Position numbers and translations under genes: made by a program. Of a stretch of DNA of 64,000 nt, positions 37,663-51,990 are shown piece after piece. Location of the stretch: contig NC_043006.1 of the NCBI RefSeq assembly GCF_006345805.1, forward strand, positions 76,942,001 to 77,006,000, written 5' to 3'. The stretch comes from Octopus sinensis. Its lineage: Eukaryota. The notes under the pieces were generated by a model. That model did not search any database, was not told the origin of the DNA, and saw nothing but the letters and a program-made list of their open reading frames with translations. The first letter of the stretch is position 1, and each line of letters begins with the position of its first letter.

Positions 37663-40544
37663 ATCGAAACGTTGTATTTTAGCTTACACAACCCACCACG
37701 AGAATTAACGAAGGAGCTTCTATTTCTTCGCTCGACCTACTAGAAATAGCAGCCAAATCAAAAGGCAACACTTTGCTGTTTAAAAAAAGAAAAGCTATAA
37801 AATAGATGATACTTTAAATGTTCCAGCCTTGGATATATTAAGTTTGAGAAAAGATGCAATGGTCAAGACTGGAATATTCTTGAACGTAGGTCTGTTTGAT
37901 CAATGTTGATAAAATAATTACTAATCAATACCAGTGTCCAAAATAGTATCAACATAACTATAATTAATCTACCAAAGCAAGATATAACTTGGTTTGGGCA
38001 TAAATATGTTAAAGCAAGTCTTGAAATGATGCAGTGAAGCCTTGAATAGTTATAGACATACTCATAAAATATATATAGACTTCATATTTTGCATCAGAGA
38101 CTCACTGTTTGATATTTTATTAGAATGTGAGTAAAGTATTATGAATAAGGTGTTCATTCATTCAATCGAGATCAGTGTTTATTAACTTACAGAAAATACA
38201 AATTCCTTAAATTTAAGAAGAGTAATGTGCAATCTTAGGAAAGAAGTGCTGCGCATGCGTTGGTTTAAAAATCTGTGTGGAATAGTAAAAGTAGTCTCTA
38301 GCGTAACTAATACTAACTAAAAGCTATATTGGTGTAAAAATATTGGTTTCCAATTTTTGGCAGAAGGCCAGCAATTTCATGGGAGAGAGTAAGTTGAGTA
38401 CATTAACCCCACTACTCAACTGATACTTATTTTATCGACCCTGAAGGGATTAAAGCAAAGTCATTCCCGACGGAATTTGAATTCAGAATGTATCGATGGA
38501 CGATATACCGCTAAACTTTCTGCTTAGCGTGCTGACGATCTTACCAGCTCTCCGTCTCAGTTCGTGTAAAAATATTGGTTTCGTTTTTGATACGTTCAAT
38601 GTTTGTATACTTTTCTAGATTTAAAACAGGATATCTATTTCATTCTAAAATCCCTCAACATTGTACAAAAGGTTTAACGTACCACTGGTCTAGTAGTTTT
38701 CCACTCTGTTGCAAGCATTCTGACCAAGTCTCCGGCCTGAAGATAACTTTCTTCGCCTAATCACAAAATCTTGAAAGGGTTATTAAAGCTGCCCTCGATT
38801 CTCTGACTAAGCCATTAAATTATAAATGTAATGTAAAATGACTTTGAATCGGCGATTAAAAAAAAAATGTCAAGGTTTCTCCTTCCCGCCATCTCACCAT
38901 TTGTTGTATGGCGCCCAACACAATGTTTGTGGTAATAGTGAATTCATTAAACATCAAATAACATTCAGAGCAACAGTAAGATGCACAAGCTTACCATCGC
39001 TTTTGCAATCAATAAATCAATATTTTATTTATCACACGCGAGTACGATGAATAGAACGAATCAGATGAAGCTTTGTAATCAATGGTAATCAATAGATATA
39101 TTCAGAGATGCTGTATTCTAAACTGGACTTATTGACTTCGAGGAAGACAGGCAGTTAGAATTGTGACGTTCATGCCTTCATCAGGGGCATTGGTGATGTA
39201 TGGAAAGCGTAATCAGTCGCTGAAGTAAAGTGAAATTGAAGCAGTTTCCGTTTGTGCTGGGGTTATTTTCTGTAATTCTAAACTGTTCGTACCTTTTAAA
39301 TTACAGAATCAAATGCGGAGGTGTCTTTTAATTGAGTAGCTAGAAACTGACACCAAGTATTATTAATATGTTTTATGTAGTTGTATTTCCACAATGAAGA
39401 ATACCTGTGTCATTATGTGTCATATCAACACTGAAGAAAGAAAAAAAAACCAGAATGACAGGTGGGAACTAAAAAAATAATACAACGTCTATAATGTGGC
39501 AAAATCAAATCCCAAAACTTTTATATCTGTGATCTAAAATTGCTAATATCGATTTGCGACATATGTAGATCCTATAAATTTTTGTTGATAAGGAGAGGAG
39601 ATATTATCGAATCAATTGATCTAAGTCTTTAAATGGAAATTATATTATTGAACACGGAAGGACGAAATGAAGTCACTGTGGGATTTAAAAGTGTAACATC
39701 CACTTCTTTGTGATAACACTAACATTGATGAAATAATGATTTCAAATTTTGGCACAAGGCCATCAACTTTGGAGGAGGGGGTCTAGTCGATTGCATCAAT
39801 CTCAGGGCTCAGCTGGTACTTATTTTATCAACCCCGAAAAAGATGAAAGGCAAAGTCGACCGCGTCAGAATTTAAACTCAGAACGTTAAAGCGGATGAAA
39901 TGCCGCAAAGTATTTTTCCCGGCACGGCAACGATTCTGCCAGCTCTCTGTCATTGCGTTGATGTAATAATAATAACAGTAATATTAATACCAATCGAAAC
40001 ATTTCTCACGCTTCCTCGCGTAAAACAGTCGACTTGATACCAGAATATGCCTTTAAAAACTGCCATAAACTATATAATTGGGCCAGAACGAAAGCGTAGT
40101 ATTATTTGCATTTTATTTTTACAGAAAATATTTCAAGGTCAAGAAAATAAATTACAAAGAAAAATAGATGTTAGTGACTCTGCGGATTTTGTCCGTCACG
40201 ATTAAATCAGTAGTCAATAAAATATCAGGCTTTGAGAGCAATCAACTGAAACGTACTGGCACGTCTGCACTTAAACCCACACACACACTCATGCACGTAC
40301 ACATGTATATATTATGCTTCCCTTAGCCATAGCTGTAATAATAACCAGTCGTAAAAATTCAATTTATTTAATTGTCACGTAAACCAACAGTTTAGTACAA
40401 AGCTTGATATTTATTAACATATGAATGTCAAAATTTGTTTCTGGCCATAAGTAATTGTACATCTAGAGCTGAGTGCCACAACTTATGCCTTCTTTAAAGA
40501 CATTTCACTGAAATATTCTTTACACACACACATACAAAAACATA

Positions 40545-40760
40545 CGAGGGTGTGCTGAAGAGATCTTGGCATTGGGTTGATAAATAGAAGCAGATCACTT
40601 AATTATGATTTTATTCAACATATTCCCCTGTCAGATTCACTCACTCATTGCAGTGGTCTTTCAGTTTTTCTAAGCCCTGTAAAAGAACTCGGAAGGTTTA
40701 GCCACCTATCTTGACTAACGCGACACCCTTGAAAGCCAAGAGCTTCTCAACCCCACCCCG
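40545..40760 (-). mobile_element. mariner-derived MITE with TA TSDs
   Basis: TA|CGAGGGTGTGCTGAAGAG ... CTTCTCAACCCCACCCCG|TA imperfect TIRs. The minus strand at ~40612-40655 encodes HCNE*VNLTGEYVE*, the mariner transposase C-terminal KCV..GEYVE motif. Confidence 0.8.
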
Positions 40761-41477
40761 TATATGTATCCTATATAAATATTCATACATACACACATAA
40801 ATACATACACCAGAAATATCGAAGGTCCTTTCCGAAACATAAGATCACAAGACAAGTTTCTCGGATTCTGTAGCTTATATTTTACTCCTTTTTCCTGGAC
40901 AGAACGACGGTTCGTCGTAGGGTTACTCATGTTTGCCAACTGAATAGACTGGAGAAAAATGAAATGAATTGTCTTGCCCAAAGAACACACCGCATCGCCC
41001 GGTTCAGGAATCGATACCACTATCTAACGATCATGAGTGCAACGTCCTAACCATTCACACACGCGCCTCACTCTCCACCCACACACATATACATACAAAC
41101 ATACATACACTCGCGTGTATATATGATTGTTGTATAAATGCTATTTTCAGTGAGAGAAAGAGCGAAAAAGAGAGGGAGAGAGAGGGCAAGAGAGAGAGAG
41201 AGAGACAGAGAAAGAGAGACAGACAGACAGAGAGTAAACGTCAGCTTCCAGAATTTCTCATATCTATTAACTGAACAATATGTACTTCCTTACGTATGTT
41301 CTACACATTATCTTGCAATAAATAACCGCATAACTGACAATCCATTATATTATTGCAAACTCTAACTGGCTAAGATATATTTCTCTCACATCACATCCTT
41401 CATATATCTTTATTCAATATTAACATACCAATATTTGGACTTGTACCAAAATCTGAAATCAATATTAACTTACCAAA

Positions 41478-43390
41478 GAGCGGCACGCTGGCAGAATGGT
41501 TAGCACACATTTCTTCATGTTCTTTACGTTCTGAGTTCAAATTCTGCTGAGGTCGATTTTGACTTTCATCGTTTTGGGGGTCGATAAAATAAGTACCAGT
41601 TGAGCAATGATATCGATGTAATCGATTAATCCGCCTCCTCCGAAATATCTGGCCTTGTACTAAGATTTGAAACCAATATATATGATATATGGCAACGAAC
41701 TTGCAGTATCGTTAGCCCGCCGGACAGAATGCTTAGCGACATTTCGTCCATCTATACGTTCTGGGTTCAAATCCTACCGGGGTTCACTTTGCCTTTCTTA
41801 TTTCGCTGATACTTATTTTATCGGGGTCAATAAAATAAGTACCAGCTGAGCATTGGGGTCAATGTAATCTATTATCTACATTTTCGGATTTGTTGAGCTT
41901 GTGCCAAATGTGAAGCCCTTATCATTCATCAGTTTTGAAACGGTGAGCTGGCAGAATAGATAAATGAGCTGGCACGTTGAACAAAATGCTTCGTGGCGCA
42001 TCGCCGGTTTTCACGTTCTGAGTTCAAATTTCCAAGAGTCCGACTGTGTCTCTCTTCCTTTCCGATTCAGTAAAATAAAAATACTAGTTGAGCACTGGGA
42101 TCGATCTAATCGACTCCTCTCTACTCCCCAAAATTTTCTGGCGTGTGCCTATGATAGAAAGAAATATCAAATTACAAAATTAATACATGGACCTATTAAA
42201 CAAAATTATTTACTTGTTCGTACGCGTATCTGTTTACAACCTCAACACACACTAACACTTGTTCATCTCTATTTTTGAAACTTTGCTTTTTTACAATAGC
42301 AAATATTAAATTTCATTATTGATTAATGTTATTCATATTCAGTTCCCAATTACTCAGTATTTTATTTACTGGCTTTTTTTTATATAAAAAAGCGATTATT
42401 TTTAGCCATCTTATACTTCTAATTACTTCTAATTACCTATGCGTTATTTTCGAATCAACTTGCATAATATACCAAGCCATCCGAACAAATATAGTCTATT
42501 AGCTATATAGTCTAATATGTTCAATACATATGATTATTATAATTGTCACCTTGCTGAATTTCATCCGTCGTCACGTTCTGAGTTCAAATTCCGCTGAGAT
42601 CGGCTTTGCCTTTCATCTTTTCGGAGTCGATAAAATAAGTACCAGTTGAAGATCGGGGACGATGTAATCGACATACCGCCTCTCCCAAACGTGCTGGCCT
42701 TGTGCCAAAATTTGAAACCGTTTTTAAAAGCTGACAGAATCGCTAGCACTCCGGGCAAAATGCTTAGCGGTATTTCGTCTGCAGTTACGTTCTGAGTTCA
42801 AATTCCGGCGAGGTCGACTTTGCCCTTTATCCTTTCAGGGTCGATGAAATAAGTACCAGTTACGCACTGGGGTCGATATGATCGACTTAATCCGTTTGTC
42901 TCTCCTTGTTTGTCATCTCTGTTTAGCCCCTTGTGGGTATTAATGAAATAAGCATTTCTTCCGGCTTTACGTTCTGAGTTCAAATTCCACCGAGGACGAC
43001 TTTGCCTTCCCTCCCTTCAGGGTCAACGAAATAAATACCAGTCAAGTGCTGGGCTCAACGTAATTGATTGGTCACCTCCTCCCAAAATATCAGGCCTTGT
43101 GCCCAAAGTACAAAGGCCTTTTTTTCAGGAGGTGATGTTAGCGGCAGTTCTTTCGGTTCTTCGTGCCATGATTTAAAGACGGAGTGCAAACAGTTTCGTT
43201 AGCACACCGGAATAACTGCCTAGCAGCATTTCGGTCATCGTTACCTTCTAAGTTCAAACTCGACTGAAATTGACCTTGCCTTCCATCCTCTCGAGATCGA
43301 TGAAATAAGTACCAGTTGACCACTAAGGTCGATGCAATCGACGTACACACTCACTCAAAATTTCAGGCCTTGAGACTATAATCGAAAAGA
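41478..43390 (+). mobile_element. Cluster of about 7 plus-strand SINE A units (41478, 41690, 41940, 42560, 42725 dimer, 43165)
   Basis: Repeated gttctgagttcaaattc...gtcga...aagtaccagt bodies, all on the plus strand. Confidence 0.85.
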
Positions 43391-44126
43391 TTATGTACAT
43401 CACAACGTGGAAATTTTTACACAATACTAATAGAGTATAAGTGTTTCCTAAATTTATATAATCACCCCCATATCTTTGATTATATTGCACTAACCACTAC
43501 CCCGCCCCATTCTCCATTCTTCGTTTTTATTGCCTCGCATGAAAGTCTGTGCATAGAAATCTATTCACACTTTCAATTAATGGGTGCTTCAACTCCATCC
43601 GGATGCAAAACTGATTGTACTTTTATCACAATTAATTCTTTATTAAAAATTGTTTATTGTTCACTTTTCAATACATTATTTTGTTTGCTTTTCTTAGCTT
43701 GCGGCTCCTAATGATGAAATTCTCTCTCTTTCTCTCGCTCACTTCAATTTATATGCATGTGTATACACTTATACGTATATGGATATAAATATATATATAC
43801 ACATATATATGCATATAAACACGCTTACACACACACATATATATATGCATGTATGCATATGTATGTATATAAATACATATACATAATTTAATTCAAATCC
43901 TGAAGGAGAAGACTATTTATTGTACAATTCCATTTATATATTCATGTAAATATTTTCAAGTTAATTTTTCTTTTAAGTGAATATTTAAACTATATAAATA
44001 AAAACAAAAATAAATATACAAGACAAAAACAACCAGGAAAGGAATAAATAAATGCTCTTACGTGGGAAATTTTGACTGGGAACTGTTGGTGTGGACACCT
44101 ACAGTTGTTTTGGGAGTTAGAAAGGA

Positions 44127-44178
<52 letters not shown>

Positions 44179-44633
44179 AAGAGAGAGTGTTTCCTAAGAT
44201 ATCTAACCCTTCTAATATCGATTGCTCTTACTGCCAACTCATAATAATTGCTTTCTGCTACATACAAGGGCCAGAAATTTATGTGGAGTGAGAGGAATTG
44301 CGGGCTGTATCGTCAGCAAGACTGGACGAGTATTTTCATTTCTGAACCTCTGTATGATGGGAGATGAAGATAATTTAAGCTAAATTTTAGCCTATGACGT
44401 ACAGTACCGAAATAAATATGTAAAACATTTTTGTTCAATGCTTTAACGACTCTGACAATTCACCGATTGAATTATGTTGCGAAGTGGCCGAATATTCCAC
44501 AGATACATGTAACACGAACTATGTGACAGGTTTGGACTTCCAAATGAGAGATAAAGTTCCAGTTAGGTGGCTTCTAAACAGTAGTCGTGTAACAAGCTTC
44601 ACTCACGAAGCACGAAAGAAGCCTGTTACACAC

Positions 44634-44684
<51 letters not shown>

Positions 44685-45534
44685 TATGTGTATCTTTGTG
44701 TCTGTGTTTGTCCACCCACTATCACTTCAAACCGATGTTGGAGAGTTTGAGTACCCATAACTTAACGGTTCGACAAAAAAGACCGGTAGGATTAATACTA
44801 GGCTTACAAAGAATAAGTCCTGGGGGTCGATTTCTTCGAATAAAACCCTTTAAGGCGATGCTCCAATATGGCTGCATTCAAATGACTGAAACAAGTAAAA
44901 GAATATATATATTATATATATATATAATATATATATATATTATATATATATATATATATTATATATATATATATATATTTAGCCTTTATTTAAAAGTTGG
45001 ACCAATGAAAATGTTTCCCCAAATGCTGTTAAAAATACAAAATATTTCGCACATACAATTACATAAGCTTTCAAATGATCTGTTTTTCTATATGCATGTA
45101 TATATATTATCTTCAACAGTGTATAACATTCTGTGATGTTTATGAAAATACTCTAGCTTTGTAGGAGTGTGTCTGCTTTTGAAATAAAAAAAAACCCGGA
45201 GGATATTCTTATATTTATTTTTCACACTTCACCTTTAAAATATTTGTTAAAATTAGACGTGTTAGAAACATTTACGACTTACTTTAAACACACGTTTTTA
45301 CAGTGTATATGAGCAGAGATTATTGTGATACTACGAAGGATACTCTTATTCTATAAATGCGCTTTAATGCCTTGTATTTCTACATGATATTCTATGCTGC
45401 TGACAAAAACAAGTGATAGCATGGATGTGAAATTCCATGTGAAACTTTAGATAATTTTAAGTGCAGCTGATTTACAGATGGGATTAAAAATGAACAAAAT
45501 TTTAAAACTCTATAGCATTTTTTAGCATGACTAT

Positions 45535-45842
45535 TGTGGAGGCACATGGCCTAGTGGTTAGAGCAGCGGACCTCGCGATCGGTATATCGCAGTTTGAATC
45601 TCAGACCGGTCGATGTGTGTGTTTATGAGCGAAACACCTAAGCTCCACGCGGCTCCGGCAGAAGGTAATGGCAAACTTCTGCTGACTCTTTCGCCACAAC
45701 ATTCACTCACACTTTTCTCCTGCATCTAGCACGTAATCTGCGACAGACCGGCGTCTCGTCCAGGTGGGGAGCCTCTACGCCAATGAAACCGAGAAACCGG
45801 CCCTTATGAGCCAGGCATGGCTCGAGAAGGAACAAATAACAA
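45535..45842 (+). mobile_element. tRNA-derived SINE family C
   Basis: A box TGGCCTAGTGG (45547-45557). The central ctccacgcggctccggcag is shared with 13409-13430. The tail ends gagccaggcatggctcgagaaggaacaa. Confidence 0.75.
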
Positions 45843-46355
45843 TATGACTATTACGTGACGATATGTATTGAATAATTCTCCCACTATAAAAGATTTTCTT
45901 CCTTGGATGCAATTACAAGCATTACAGTTTCACTTGGAGGTAATATAAATATAGGATGAATGAAAAATATTTGTAAAATTCCTCGATAATTGGGGAGAGC
46001 ATTCAAATGCTTTGGTCCTTGAACGAAATATGAAAAAAAAAAACATGCGATGGAAACTAATTAAGGCAAGAGTAAGTCTGACTCATGGAGGCGCATAGCA
46101 TAATATTAAGGGTGTTACACTCGCGCTCGCGAGGTCGCAGTTTCATTTCCTGAACCGGCTAGTACGTTGTGTTCTTGAGCAAAATATTTCATCTCATGTT
46201 GCTCTCTAATCCCTTCGACACCCGACGGGTGGTACCATGTGAATCTGTTCAAGCAACATCGAGTGAGCGTCAAACATTTGATCACTATAAACAAGTCATA
46301 TCTACGGGTTTTTCAATAAGAAATTTCAGAACTGTGTTTCTCGGATTACGAGAAA

Positions 46356-46439
<84 letters not shown>

Positions 46440-49400
46440 GAACCAGTGTTAAAAGTTTGAATGTCACTTAATTCTTAAATCTCTAGTTCGAAAAATTGGA
46501 AATTTAAAATTCTCAGATAACAAGCAATTGGTTTAAACCATGATTCATATCTTTCATCGACTTGGATGCAAGTTTCAGTGTGAAGTTTCGCTTTCTACAT
46601 TCTCATCTTGACTATTTTACAGAGAAGTGTGTCAAGTGCAGCGAAGAAGGTGAACAATCTCACTGAAACATTATATTGAAGAGAAATATCAAGGCCTGTG
46701 GAAGCATAGTATAAATGATAATTACATTTTATATTGAAAACTACTTAAAGCCTCTGTAAAAGATTGCAGTAAAATAAAGTCAGACAAATATCTGTAAAGA
46801 ATTAAACATTATTTTTCTTCTTTCAATTGTAACTATATTTTTGTGATTAACACTTTTTTTTTTTAATGTGTGATGTTTTAGAAAAGAAAGCACTCTGACA
46901 AATTTATTTCAACTAATGTGGAAAATTGCAAACTCGATAAAATATTAAAAAATTTTAAATATAATACAAGCATAATTCAATGTAGTAAAATTCAAATATT
47001 TATGCAACAGTAAGAATTATATAGCATTATTACCTCCCCTGAATATTATTATTTCCTCCCTGCAAAGAAAAACATTAAAAAATTTAATTTTGAAGCACAC
47101 AAAAAATATTTTTTTAATTTAAAGTTTTATTACGTTTCGGATGTCTAGCAAACGTTAATATGTTTAACAATATTGGTTAATTCATAAAGATAATTTCACG
47201 TTTTATTTTCTATTCACGATTAAATATAAGGTTTCACATTCGAAACAAAAATAGTGTTATAATATTTAAAGGATCTACTGTATATTACTGTTACTAGCGT
47301 ATGTTAAAGGAATACGGTTAAGCTTTTCAATTATACGCATTAGAGTTAGTTAAGTTAGAAATTATAAACACGAATGTAATATTAAAAGAATTGCTCGAAC
47401 AATCTAGAGGATGTGGGCTGCTTTGTTCATAATTTTCTATTCTCGATTCATGTGTTTAAAATGTCTAATCTAAGTTAATTAAAAATAATTTAGATTTTAA
47501 AGTAATTCTTTTAGAAGCATAAAAGTATGCTTTTTTTTAGTAAAACGGGAGCTAAATATATATGGCTTTAATTCATGTAGTAAGAGCATAAATTTTTAAT
47601 GAATCAAATTTCACTTCTGCTCAGGAAAGAATAATCAATGCTTTAATGATTTATTCTGGCTAAGAAAAGCAAAGGGAGAAAATCCCATAATTGGAACCAA
47701 TTAAGATTTTATTTATATAGAATTGCGGAAGTAAATTCGATCTTTGGGAGCATGGTAAATGTTTCAGTGCCATGAGACCTCATCAGAATCAGTTAGTCAC
47801 ACTGTATTACATTTCAATATTTGAGAAAACAAACATTGAGTGCCGTGATAACATAAAACACTGCATGGTGAGGGAGGAACACCAAGGGATGCCACCTGCA
47901 TGGAAAACTAATAGTAACGTAGGCGCTAATATATTTAGCGTAGAGAGCCAAAATATTTTAATTACTTGAAATTACGCCAATGTGCATAATTCGAACTAAC
48001 TAAAAGTTATAAACACATTGCATCATGTGATAATGCACCCACTTATTGTTAGTCTGTCGTGGACTTTGTATCTTAGGATACGTTTTCCACCGCCACTCTT
48101 TATACTTATTGAGATGTTTCTTACTACTAAAACAGCATTGTGTATTTTGTCGATACAAAACCTAGAGCTGTATGTAACTAACATAAATTTAACTAGATAT
48201 TCCAGTTAATCGCTTCTTCACCAAAACGGAACTCATTCTGCTAGGCTACTGAGATTTCTGATCTTTTGGTGTGCTCTTATTCCCACAGTCAGTTCTAATT
48301 AATCCTAAATCACTCTAATCCAAATTCAAAGTACTGAACTCGTGTCGACTTATCGACATGCTAACAAATCCTATAACAAGAAATTTACCAGGAACTTTTC
48401 AATATAAGATAATACTTACACTTGTCACGAATTTCGATATTAGTTCCATTCTTTTTCATTTTATTATCTCAACCATAACTTTAGTCTTTCTCCATAAACA
48501 ATGAACCGTCATAGATTGTGTATGAACTTAATATACACTGGCATCACACACAATAATATATTATGTTATCAGACTACACACTTTAACTACAAGCATGAAC
48601 ACAGAGAAAATATATAAACAAACTATTTACCCATACACATACGCAGGTTCATACATACTCATCTACTGTATAATAATAAACAACAACACAACAACAACAA
48701 CAACAACCACAACAACAACATATATATGCAAGCTATCAAAAAATAAGTCACATGAAATGTCCAAAACCCAAAACAATTAAAACGTTTCAAAAATATCTTT
48801 TGGCGCAGAGCAAATGTTTGTACATAGCTTAATTATATTTGTTGTCATGGGAACAATGTGTATGGATCGAAAAGTGAAAAATCACACAGGCATACGCAAA
48901 CATACTTAAACACCTACTCAATTATACACGCAGTCATATACATATAGATATCACAAATTTTGTTTGTCCCTTAAGTAATTTGTTTTTGTTTGTTTGTTTA
49001 TGGTATTTTGTGTGTTATATAACATGATGAACATTTACTTGTGTGTGTTTTGTTTTTCTAATATTGTTATATTATTTATTGGAAAATTTGATTACTAGAT
49101 AGATCAGGCATCGTAATTTGGCGGTGGTGAAGAGTTCCGTTCCAGAGAGGATTATTATGGAAAATTCAATTTTCAGTCGTTCCACCATTTCAATCAGATA
49201 AAGAATAAAGTTTAGCGCTATTGTCGATTTGTAACTGACCAAGTCTATTATAGAAATGCCAAACACATTGGCATTATATTTAACGATCGCAGTTCCTGTC
49301 CAGCTGCGTTACGAGGAATAGATATTGGTCGCATCTCCAAATTGTTCGTAATGACTAAGAATTATTATCCATCAGTCAGTACAGCACAACTGGAGATAAA

Positions 49401-49544
49401 CTATAAGCAAACTCTTTGGCGCGTCGAACAAAAATGCTTAGCTGTATTTCTTTAGGCTTTATGTTCGGAGTTCAAATCTCGCTATAGTGGATTTTGTCGT
49501 TCATTCCTTCATGACACGTAAAATAAGAGTACCAGTCAAATACC

Positions 49545-49972
49545 TTTCTACTTTAGGCACAAGGCCCGAAATTTTGGGGGAGGGAGCCAGTCGATTAGAT
49601 CGACCCCAGTATGCAACAGGTACTTAATATATTGATCCCGAAAGGATGAAAGGCAAAGTCGACCTCGGTGGAATTTGAACTCAGAACGTAATGACAAACG
49701 AAAAACCACTAAGCATTCCGCCCGCCGTATAAACGTTTCTTATTTCTTTATTGCCCACAAGGGGCTAAACATAGAGGGGACAAACAAGGACAGACAAAAG
49801 AATCAAGTCAACTTCATCGACCTCAATGCGTAACTGGTACTTAATTTATCGACCCCGAAAGGATGAAGGGCAAAGTCGACCTCGGCGGAATTTGAACTCA
49901 TAACGTAACGACAGACGAAAAACCGCTAAACATTTCGCCCGGCATGCTAACGCTTCTGCCAGCTCGCCGCCT
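49545..49972 (-). mobile_element. SINE A dimer: long-tail copy (49741-49972) joined to a headless short-tail copy
   Basis: The junction on the minus strand reads aataaagaaata|agaaacgttt. Confidence 0.85.
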
Positions 49973-50539
49973 TATGTATCTATCAGATACTGAAGTCGAT
50001 GTACTTGACTAACCACTTCCCCTAACAGAGCTGGCCTTGTGCAAAATTTTGAATCAATGATTATTGTTGTTTTGAAGGCGTCGTGCTAGCAGAATTGTAA
50101 ATGTTTGAGCAAAATTACTTCGTGGCATTTGTTCAAATCTCATTTGTCTGTTATCTTGTCTGTGGCCATGTTGGGGCACTGCCTTGAAGGACTTTAGTCA
50201 AATGAATCAACCCCAGTACCTTTTCCATTAAAGCCTGGTGCTTATTCTATCGGTTTCTTTCGCCGAACCGCTACCTTGCGGGGATGTAAACACACCAGCA
50301 CTGGTTGTCAAGCGGTGGTAAGGACAAATGCAGACACGAATACACACACATGCGCACACACACGTACACACACATACATACACACACGATGGGCTATTTT
50401 CATTTTCGATCTCCTAAAATCCACCCACAAGGCTTTAGTCGGCTCAAGGCCGTAGTAGAAGACACTTGCTCAAGGTACCACGCAGTGGGACTGAACCCGG
50501 GACCATGTGGTTGAGAAGCAAACTTCTTGCCAACAGCCT

Positions 50540-50875
50540 CAATTCTATATACCTTCCGATTAAATAAGTACCAGTTACACACTGGTGTCGATATAATCGA
50601 CTTAATCCTTTTGTCTGTCCTTGTTTGTCCCCTCTGTGTGTAGTAGCACCGTGTGGGCAGTAAAAAAATTAGAAACGTTAGCACACCGCGCGAAATGCTT
50701 AGCAGTATTTCGTCTATCCTTATATCCTGAGTTCAAATTTTGCTGAGGTCGACTTTGCCTTTCATCCTTTCGGAGTCCATAAATTAAGTACCAGTTGCGT
50801 ACTCGGGTCGATCTAATCGACTTGCCCCTTCCCCTAAAATTTTGAGCCTTGTGCCGAGAGTAGAAAAGAATATTA
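50540..50875 (+). mobile_element. SINE A dimer: 5'-truncated long-tail copy joined to a short-tail copy
   Basis: Junction gcagtaaaaaaatt|agaaacgttagcac near 50670. Confidence 0.8.
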
Positions 50876-50992
50876 TTCAACGATAAGAAAACCAAAGAAT
50901 AAACAAGGCCGGCTGAGTTGAATGTTACCGGATCTGCTATCAGCTGGGCATAGGTACGCTTTGAGTTGAAACCCTGCATGATCCTAAATTAC

Positions 50993-51182
50993 TTTTCTTT
51001 CATCTCCAGATTCGATAACATTTATTGTCGAATACTGAGATCGATCATATCTTCTGTGGCTTGCCTTCAAATTCGTAAACTTTTGAGGGTCATAGGGAAG
51101 ACAGAGTTGCATGACCAAAGATCTGCATTCATATTTCATTTCTCGGTTGAAATTGCTTGATTTCACTTGTTCCACCAGTGAC
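50993..51182 (-). CDS. Candidate 190-nt exon (phase 2-0): SLVEQVKSSNFNREMKYECRSLVMQLCLPYDPQKFTNLKASHRRYDRSQYSTINVIESGDERK
   Basis: AG at 51184-51183, donor AAA|GTAATT at 50992, 63 open codons with protein-like composition. The acceptor lacks a pyrimidine tract and an ORF of this length can arise by chance. Confidence 0.3.
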
Positions 51183-51578
51183 CTGTACGTTGTACATCAA
51201 TCAGTCTCTGTGAATTTAGGAATCAATAGCTTTATCAAAGGAAACCGCACAATTGATCTAAGCGAATAATGGAGACAAATGGTGTAAATGTGCCACATCT
51301 ATAGCACTGATATTAGAATTATACTTACTGTTAATGCATTAATACATGCTGGAAAAACATAAAATTTCGTGAACCTACGAAACAACTTCTACACGGTCGC
51401 TCAATCTCCTAGAATTAACTGCCAATCCCTCATATCACGCCCTATCATCTTAAAATTAGATTTCTGTTGAAAATTTTGTTGGTTACATATTGTAAAGCAT
51501 ACCAGTTTTCGTGCACAACTTGTCCCCAAAACGAAACTACATCACATAGAGATCCTCATGTGATGCCGTTTCATTTGC

Positions 51579-51990
51579 AACAAGCACTATGACCCGGCCT
51601 TGCCGGGTCTACTGCTAGTGCTTGTTGTTCATTGCCGGGTCGCAGTAAAAGTTTCTCACTAAATCAAGAGCTAAGTTTCTTATCACATTTCAGCCCGGGC
51701 CAGTTTTGTTGTTTATGAGCTAGATGGAGCTTTTTATGAGAGTAATTGATATTCCTTGGACTTCGGCAATGCCCATATGCCCATAACTTATGGGAATAAG
51801 GGATCGGTTTATCGATTTTTTAATGGCTTTCTGTGGTGACTGGGGAAATGAAAAGATCTTCACGACCACCCTCAGACACTTTTGAAAGCCCATAGAAAAT
51901 GCGAGCCTTTTACGTGAAAAACTGTGGATTTGTATAAAGGACACACAGACACACAGATACACAGACATTTTGCCGTTTATAGATATAAAG
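51579..51990. mobile_element. Helitron/Helentron-like non-autonomous element with a nested terminal palindrome
   Basis: GACCCGGC-ctt-GCCGGGTC hairpin (51591-51609) then tactgCTAG|T, enclosed by AACAAGCACTA/TAGTGCTTGTT. The distal end tttatagatataaagat resembles the Helitron end at 24557. Confidence 0.55.

Noticed and set aside
38990-39000. Minus-strand ATG|GTAAGC as a start-codon exon; likewise donors at 31468 and 48420
   Set aside because: Single motifs without supporting frames are expected by chance in 64 kb.
39150-39192. Minus-strand ctgatgaaggcatgaacgtc as HHR
   Set aside because: The 3' strand of stem II and the GAAA are missing.
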